Below, in pieces: positions 27,152 to 32,688 of a stretch of DNA of 32,688 bases. A model generated the notes under the pieces. It had not been told where the DNA came from. It was given only the letters and a program-made list of their open reading frames with translations, and made no database searches. Source of the DNA: Candidatus Micrarchaeota archaeon. GTDB taxonomy: Archaea; Micrarchaeota; Micrarchaeia; Norongarragalinales; UBA97. Both the position numbers and the translations under genes were made by a program. The first letter of the stretch is position 1; each line of letters begins with the position of its first letter. Where the stretch lies: contig JBBSWX010000030.1 of assembly GCA_038046065.1 (NCBI GenBank), forward strand, positions 21,133 through 53,820. The letters run 5' to 3'.

Positions 27152-28416
27152 ACTACCCCCCGTCCAAAAACTTTTCCAGCATAATACCCGCGCTTGCCTA
27201 ACGCCGCGTTGATTTCAAGCAGCCGGTTGTATTTCGCCGTCCTCTCGCCACGACACGGCGCGCCGAGCTTTATCTGCCCGCAGTTCGTGCCGCAAGCCAA
27301 GTCTGAAATGAAGTAATCCTCCGTTTCTCCCGACCGGTGGGAAACCATGCAACGCATTCCCCCTTGTCGCGCCGCAGCCATGGCCTCCAACGTTTCTGTT
27401 ACCGTGCCTATCTGGTTTGGTTTTATTAACGCGGTGTTGCACGCCCGCAAGTTCGCGGCCTTGCGAATGCGTTCGGGGTTCGTTACCAACAAGTCATCCC
27501 CAACCACCTGCACTTTACCGCCAACCTCGCGCGTTAACTGTGCGAACCCCAACCAGTCTTCTTCCGCAAACGCATCTTCTATAGAAATAACATCAAAAGC
27601 ATCAATCATTTTTTCGTACACGTTGGCAAGCGCATGCGCCGTCAACTGCCTTCCATAAACCACATATTTGCCTTTGTTGATGAAGGAGCTTGCGGCAACA
27701 TCCACCGCCATTTTCACGCTTCCCGAATACCCGGCAGCGGCTATTGCGGCGTCCATAAGTTCCAATGGTTCTTCCACGCGCCTGCAGGGGGGAGTGAACC
27801 CTCCCTCATCACCAACCGACGTGAACGCTCCGCCACACTTTTCTTTTATGCGTTCCTTAAGCGCGTGGTATGTTTCAGAAACCGCTTGAACCGCGGCGGG
27901 AAACGAGTTGAACCTTACCGGCACCAACATATATTCTTGAAAAGGCAGGCCGTTCGACGCGTGCTTGCCGCCGTTTATCACGTTGCAAAACGGCACTGGA
28001 AGCCTGTTGCCGCCCAACCGCGAGTACACTTCCTTACCGCGCAACGCCGCGCCCAGCTTGAAGCACGCCATGCTCGCCGCGATGGTGGCATTCGCGCCAA
28101 GGCGCGCCTTGGTGGCGGTGCCGTCAGCCGTGATTAGTGCCTCGTCAATTGCGGTTTGGTTGAATGCGTCTTTTCCTTTAAGCGCTGCGGCAATCTTTCC
28201 GTTAACGTGGCGCACCGCCTTGCTAACGCCCTTGCCGCCGAAGGCTTTCCCCCCGTCGCGCAGCTCAACCGCTTCAAACGTTCCCACGGAAGCTCCTGAC
28301 GGGGCGGTAGCGACTGCCGTACTGCCGCCCGCTGCTATTTCACACCGGACGGTAGGGCAGCCGCGCGAGTCAAGCACCCACCAGCCCCGTACGGAAGTTA
28401 TCGCGCAAGATTCCAT
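27148..28416 (-). CDS. eno: Enolase
   Basis: DSRG.PTV, PSGAS.G..EA.ELRD, NGGKHA, GDEGGF, VGDDL.VTN, K.NQIGT, SHRSGETED, R.ERTAKYN. Confidence 0.95.
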   Translation of the reverse strand: MESCAITSVRGWWVLDSRGCPTVRCEIAAGGSTAVATAPSGASVGTFEAVELRDGGKAFGGKGVSKAVRHVNGKIAAALKGKDAFNQTAIDEALITADGTATKARLGANATIAASMACFKLGAALRGKEVYSRLGGNRLPVPFCNVINGGKHASNGLPFQEYMLVPVRFNSFPAAVQAVSETYHALKERIKEKCGGAFTSVGDEGGFTPPCRRVEEPLELMDAAIAAAGYSGSVKMAVDVAASSFINKGKYVVYGRQLTAHALANVYEKMIDAFDVISIEDAFAEEDWLGFAQLTREVGGKVQVVGDDLLVTNPERIRKAANLRACNTALIKPNQIGTVTETLEAMAAARQGGMRCMVSHRSGETEDYFISDLACGTNCGQIKLGAPCRGERTAKYNRLLEINAALGKRGYYAGKVFGRGVV

Positions 28417-28488
28417 TCGCCAGTATTAGGCCTTTGTTTTTTAAATGCCTTGAGGCTCCTTTTTAAACTCAAAGGCGGTAATTGGGGT

Positions 28489-29001
28489 GTGATACTCTCG
28501 CGCGGCGAAATACTGGCGGCGGTGCGGCGGGGTGGGATTGCCATTACTCCTTTTAATCCAGCTAATGTTGGCGCGTGTTCTGTTGATTTGACTCTTTCCT
28601 CCGAGTTTCGCACCTTCAAGCGCGGGGGGTATGCGCGGCTGTCGGAAGGCTTGGATTACCGAAAGTTCACCACCCCCACGGTGGCGTCGGTCGCGCGGCC
28701 GTTGAAACTCGCGCCAGGCCGGCTTGTGCTAGGGGCTACTGCCGAACGCGTGCGGCTTTCCGACCGTTACTGCGCGTGGATTCAAGGCCGCAGCCGTGTG
28801 GCGCGCCTGGGTTTGTCGGTGCACGTGAGTTCAAGCCTCGTTCAGCCTGGTGTGGACAATGTGCAGGTGTTGGAGGTAGTGAATAACGCGCCTTTTCCAA
28901 TAGCGCTTGTTCCCGGCGTGCGCGTGTGCCAATTGGTTTTCGAGGAGTTGAAGGGTCGCGCCAGGTACTCCGGCGCCTTCCGCACGCAAGCGACGCCGTG
29001 A
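28489..29001 (+). CDS. dcd: dCTP deaminase
   Basis: ILS..EI, SVDL.L, L.PG...LG.T.E, GRS..ARLGL.VH, LE..N, G.RVCQL.F. GTG start chosen at 28489. Confidence 0.88.
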   Translation: MILSRGEILAAVRRGGIAITPFNPANVGACSVDLTLSSEFRTFKRGGYARLSEGLDYRKFTTPTVASVARPLKLAPGRLVLGATAERVRLSDRYCAWIQGRSRVARLGLSVHVSSSLVQPGVDNVQVLEVVNNAPFPIALVPGVRVCQLVFEELKGRARYSGAFRTQATP

Positions 29002-29425
29002 TTTCAGGAACCCCACGGAACCCGCGCCTTTCAAGGCGTGGTTTGCGGGTTCCGTTCGGTTCATCAGGCTCGTGTGATTTTGCGAATCAAATTGCGCGGG
29101 TCGCGTAGAAGCCCCCGATATCACCGTTCGTATCTGTTTAGCTAAAGACGGAATATTTAGCTACTGGTTTATTCCAAATAAGAATATTTACCTCTAGCAG
29201 AAGACCGCCGCCGTTGAATGGCAATCAAACACAATTACCGCAAATCCTAGAGGGAGCTAAACAAGTACCGCCGTTCGGTACGGCGGTAGTTAACGGTTGA
29301 TTAGGGCATTACTGGCGGGTAGCTGGAAAGAACAGTCTTTGGGAGTTTCGTCATTGGCGTGTTGCCGCAAGCCCGCGTTGCCGCAAACCCGTATTACTGG
29401 AAGTGAGGGGAGGGGGGTGCGAGGG

Positions 29426-30229
29426 TCATTCGGGGTTGCGCGCAAACCGGCAGGCCGTTGCGAGGGGGCAGCCGGTGCACGCGGGATTGCGCTTGAGGCA
29501 GTGTTTTTTCGCCAATTGCACTAGGAGCGCGTGGAATTCCGCGAGTTCCATCAGCGAAAACCCAGCCTCGCCAGCTATCCGCACTATTCCCTCATCACCG
29601 CGCTCCAAGCGGCAAACGCCAGTCCTGCCGAAAATCCTGCGGGTGTACGCGTCGACTACGAAAACCGGCCTGCCGAAGGCATAAAGTAGTATAGAATCGG
29701 CGGTTTCCGGCCCAACGCCGTTGAGCTCAAGCAGTTTTCGCCGCATTACCGCCGTTTCCAGTTTTTCAAAACCCGTGTTTTCCACCCAAAAGGCAGCTAG
29801 GGTCTTCAGCCGCGCGGCTTTTTGGCGGTAATATCCACTTGGCCGCATGAGTTCCGCCAGCCCCCCCACATTTGCGCGCGTCAGCCGCGCGGCGTTAACG
29901 AGCTTTGCTTGCCTCAGGTTTTCCACGGCTTTGGCTGCGTTATTCCAACTCGTGTTTTGCGCGAGTATGCTGCCAACCGCAACTTCAAAACGCTGGTTTT
30001 CCGAGAGTTGCCGGGAGTTGCGGCCGCGTTTGTACTCTGCCGTGCCGCCCGGTTCGGCTACCGGCCACCAGCCTTGAGGCCCGAATGCGGCATAGAGCGT
30101 TTCGCAAGTCCAACGCGCGCTTGGATTGCCGTCCGCGGCTCGAATTTCTTGCGCAAACGGTTTTTCAGCAGCGTTCTTTCGGTGCGTCACAAGGTTTTTT
30201 AGCGCTTGGGCGTATAAACCGTTTGTCAT
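29426..30229 (-). CDS. Endonuclease III-related HhH-GPD glycosylase (COG2231-like) with [4Fe-4S] motif
   Basis: FGPQ.WWP, FE..VG.IL.QNTSW.NA, RPSGYY.QKA.RL, GVGPETADSILLYA, VVDAYT.R, C-X6-C-X2-C-X5-C. Start codon uncertain. Confidence 0.88.
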   Translation of the reverse strand: MTNGLYAQALKNLVTHRKNAAEKPFAQEIRAADGNPSARWTCETLYAAFGPQGWWPVAEPGGTAEYKRGRNSRQLSENQRFEVAVGSILAQNTSWNNAAKAVENLRQAKLVNAARLTRANVGGLAELMRPSGYYRQKAARLKTLAAFWVENTGFEKLETAVMRRKLLELNGVGPETADSILLYAFGRPVFVVDAYTRRIFGRTGVCRLERGDEGIVRIAGEAGFSLMELAEFHALLVQLAKKHCLKRNPACTGCPLATACRFARNPE

Positions 30230-30509
30230 GACTGCTTATTCTTGTTCGGATTGCAGGTTTCGTTTCGAGGCTGCAAGCCCCGCGGCCTGCCCGCGTTGCG
30301 GCAGCGCTGGAATCGGCGAGTTCAAGAGTGGGTTTGGCGGGGCGAAAATCATTCGCGACGGCAAGGATGGGTGGCAAGACTTTCACTCCCAGCGGCAAGT
30401 GGCTTGCCCTAATTGCGGCAGCCGGGATTTAGAGCTTAACTACAAGCGCAAGGAACGCACCTGCCGCAAGTGCGGCGAAGTCTTGGCGTTGCCCCGGCGC
30501 TTCGCGTGA
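30228..30509 (+). CDS. Double zinc-ribbon protein
   Basis: Four CxxC pairs (CSDC, CPRC, CPNC, CRKC). Start set at ATG 30228. Confidence 0.75.
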   Translation: MTAYSCSDCRFRFEAASPAACPRCGSAGIGEFKSGFGGAKIIRDGKDGWQDFHSQRQVACPNCGSRDLELNYKRKERTCRKCGEVLALPRRFA

Positions 30510-30525
30510 GTTGTAGTGCCTAAAC
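30510..30525 (-). repeat. Dispersed copy GTTTAGGCACTACAAC at the junction of two convergent genes
   Basis: Plus strand reads GTTGTAGTGCCTAAAC; it supplies the TAG stop of the 30520-31239 gene. Confidence 0.85.
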
Positions 30526-31239
30526 CGTCTTGCGTATTACGTTCCCACGGCCTTTCTTTATCTTTACCAGCTTGCCTTCAGCCTCGAGGGCGGTGAGCAC
30601 CATGCTCACGCGCGCCTCCGACCACGCGTTCAGGCGCTTGCGGAGTTCTTTTTGCGTCGCAATGCCTTGCATCGCGTCAAGCGCAGCCATTAATTCCCGG
30701 GTTTCATTCGTCTCGGGCATCCTGCGGGGCGCAAGCGCGTGGCCATTGGCTGGCGTTGGTGGTTGCGGGGGCTTGGTGGTAAGGGGCTTTCTGCGCAAGT
30801 ATGCCCACGCCGCGACTGCCACGATGATTGCAGCTATTGCCGCTGCAACTGGCAAGTAATTTTGCGTAGCCGTGCCCTCATCCGGCAGCGCCATCCCGCC
30901 GTCGTCCAGCGTTTCCGCAATTGCCGCAACGGGTTCAGCGTCCGGCGTGCTTATAACTATGAAGTCCAGCTTGTAAACGCCGGGCGCGCTTGCGGACACC
31001 ACTTGGTTTTCAGTGCCCCCGTCGCGCGTGGTGACTGTAACGAGGAACTCGCCGGCCGGCACTTGAAGCATATAACTGCCGTTCACCGCAACCACTATCT
31101 GTTCAGGCGTGGTGTTCACCATTACCACACTAGGCACTGGCGCGAACTGGTAGTCGTACACCGTGCCTTGAATGACTATTTGTGCCGATGCCGCACCACT
31201 CGCCGCGAGCAGCACCAGCAGCGCGAATAGGCGCGCCAT
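30520..31239 (-). CDS. Membrane-anchored wHTH protein (COG2512-like): signal peptide, extracellular beta domain, TM helix, C-terminal HTH
   Basis: Signal peptide MARLFALL...ASA, TM AAAIAAIIVAVAAWAYL, C-terminal G...TQKELRK...SEARVS..L..LE.EG...KIKKGRGN.I. Confidence 0.85.
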   Translation of the reverse strand: MARLFALLVLLAASGAASAQIVIQGTVYDYQFAPVPSVVMVNTTPEQIVVAVNGSYMLQVPAGEFLVTVTTRDGGTENQVVSASAPGVYKLDFIVISTPDAEPVAAIAETLDDGGMALPDEGTATQNYLPVAAAIAAIIVAVAAWAYLRRKPLTTKPPQPPTPANGHALAPRRMPETNETRELMAALDAMQGIATQKELRKRLNAWSEARVSMVLTALEAEGKLVKIKKGRGNVIRKTV

Positions 31240-31419
31240 ATTTCCTTTAGGGGCGCTCGGCATTTTTAATCCCCCTATTGCCAATCGCAGCGTTCCCGCA
31301 GTCTTGCCGTTCCTAACATGGCTGCCTGAAGCTTTACTGTTCGCGCGCCTGAAAGCTTGTTTAAATAATACTTTGCAGGAAGCATTGTTGCGGCAGTTGC
31401 CGCGTGGAGGGATGTTCGC

Positions 31420-32343
31420 ATGAATTTTGGTTTCCTTAAGGTTGTTCTCGCCGCGTTCGTCATCACCGCGCTTTTCGGCACTGCGCTAGCTGCTGCAGCC
31501 ACCAACCTCGAGGTAGGCGCACCTTCACTGGCGCCGGGCGAGCTCGCTGTTTGCAACGCGATAAAAAACCCAACCGACCGCCGGGGTTGTCTCCTCAGGC
31601 TCTTGCAGGGCTCAACGGGAGCTAACGCTAGTGCTTCGGGGGTAAAGGCGGAGGCGGCAAAGCCCGGCGCGCAAGCAGGCGGAAAGTTTGCGTTGGTGAA
31701 GGCGCGTGAACAGCGTTTTCTAGCGGCTGAAGCTAACTTCAAGCGCCAGTTTGCGGCTCTTGAAAAGATGCGCGCCAAGTCATTGGTTGCGATGAACGCC
31801 ACCGAGCGTGCGGCGGCTAAACAGTTGGTCAACCTTACCGTCACCGGCCATTTCACTAGGCTGGCGAGGGCTGCAGACCATTTGGAGGCGTGGGGCGCAA
31901 ACGCGTCGTTTATTGCCGCAATTCGCCAGAGCATTAACGAGAGCCGAAAAGCGTGGGTGAACGCGTCTACCCCTGCGGCGCGCCGCGAAGTTGTGGCAGC
32001 TATGAACTTGGCGTGGCGCGAGTTCCAGGCCGAGGGGCATAAGCAGCTTATTGCCGGGGAAGTGCGTACTATGGCGGTCGGATCGCGTCAGGCGGTCGTG
32101 AAGGTGCGGTTGGCGTTGGGCGTGTTGGCTGCCCGCGGGGTTAATACGACTGCGATTGAAGCGGCGGTTTCGGCGGTTGAAAAGCGCGTGGCCGAGCTTG
32201 AGTCTGCACCTACGCTGGGGGTTGTCAAGCAGCGCGCGATGCAGCTTAACCAGTTGTTCCGTTTCATTCGCAACGCGTTGAACAGGGCGGTTAACGGCCA
32301 GCCGCTGCAGGCGGCTCCACAAGCCACGCCGGCTGGGGCGTAA
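31420..32343 (+). CDS. Secreted Ala/Arg-rich alpha-helical protein, hypothetical
   Basis: Signal peptide, coiled-coil-like composition, GGAGG SD and TTTAAATA box at ~31360. Confidence 0.75.
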   Translation: MNFGFLKVVLAAFVITALFGTALAAAATNLEVGAPSLAPGELAVCNAIKNPTDRRGCLLRLLQGSTGANASASGVKAEAAKPGAQAGGKFALVKAREQRFLAAEANFKRQFAALEKMRAKSLVAMNATERAAAKQLVNLTVTGHFTRLARAADHLEAWGANASFIAAIRQSINESRKAWVNASTPAARREVVAAMNLAWREFQAEGHKQLIAGEVRTMAVGSRQAVVKVRLALGVLAARGVNTTAIEAAVSAVEKRVAELESAPTLGVVKQRAMQLNQLFRFIRNALNRAVNGQPLQAAPQATPAGA

Positions 32344-32392
32344 CTGCCTTGTTTTTATTCCCCATTGCAGATTACTTTGAAAGGGTTGGCGT

Positions 32393-32638
32393 ATGTATAA
32401 ATGGTTCGCATTGCTGTTGGCGGGAATCCTGGTTGCCGGGTGCATTCAAGCTGCCAGGAGCGAATCCGCGTCGCCTTTGCCAACGCAGTACGCCACGCCC
32501 ACCGTGACTGTCGCCCCCGACTTTTCCGAAGCAGAGGCGGCGATGGACTCTGCGTTGTCCGAGCTTTCCGTGGCGGCCAACTCGACTATTCCTGGCGTTG
32601 GGGACTTGGTTTTGGTTGATGACGACTACGTTGCTTAA
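32393..32638 (+). CDS. Small putative lipoprotein
   Basis: Lipobox-like LVAGC after a hydrophobic stretch; Pro/Thr linker and acidic C-terminus. Confidence 0.7.
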   Translation: MYKWFALLLAGILVAGCIQAARSESASPLPTQYATPTVTVAPDFSEAEAAMDSALSELSVAANSTIPGVGDLVLVDDDYVA

Positions 32639-32688
32639 GGATACAGCGCCGCGCGGGCTTGCCAACGTTTATTAGCCGCCGCGCCCTT

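Overview
A GC-rich archaeal chromosomal segment. Its gene set points to a DPANN archaeon, plausibly Micrarchaeota (inference): class I CCA-adding enzyme, GatDE, aEF-1beta, pelota, Elp3, ApgM, a BHB-intron tRNA and TATA/BRE promoters. Core genes are an intron-containing tRNA-Arg(GCG), DUF1610/ribL/aEF-1beta/rad50, cca, thpR, elp3, lrp-gatD-gatE, a Tad/type IV pilus operon (ATPase, two TadC, two tiny class III signal peptide pilins), pelota, eno-apgM, dcd and an HhH-GPD glycosylase. Accessory genes are interspersed. Two signals stand out. First, a bacterial-type sigma70-like protein (N-terminal wHTH plus regions 2 and 4) sits antisense between thpR and cca, and a second ORF may carry a degenerate sigma region 2. 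Second, a small basic protein resembling the N-terminus of IS1634 transposases contains four tandem copies of TTTAGGCACTAC at a 24-nt period, and the same 12-mer recurs exactly at three dispersed sites, suggesting an undescribed DNA-binding protein/chromosomal-site system. Several structured intergenic regions are ncRNA candidates. All calls come from reading motifs by eye; no database searches were run.
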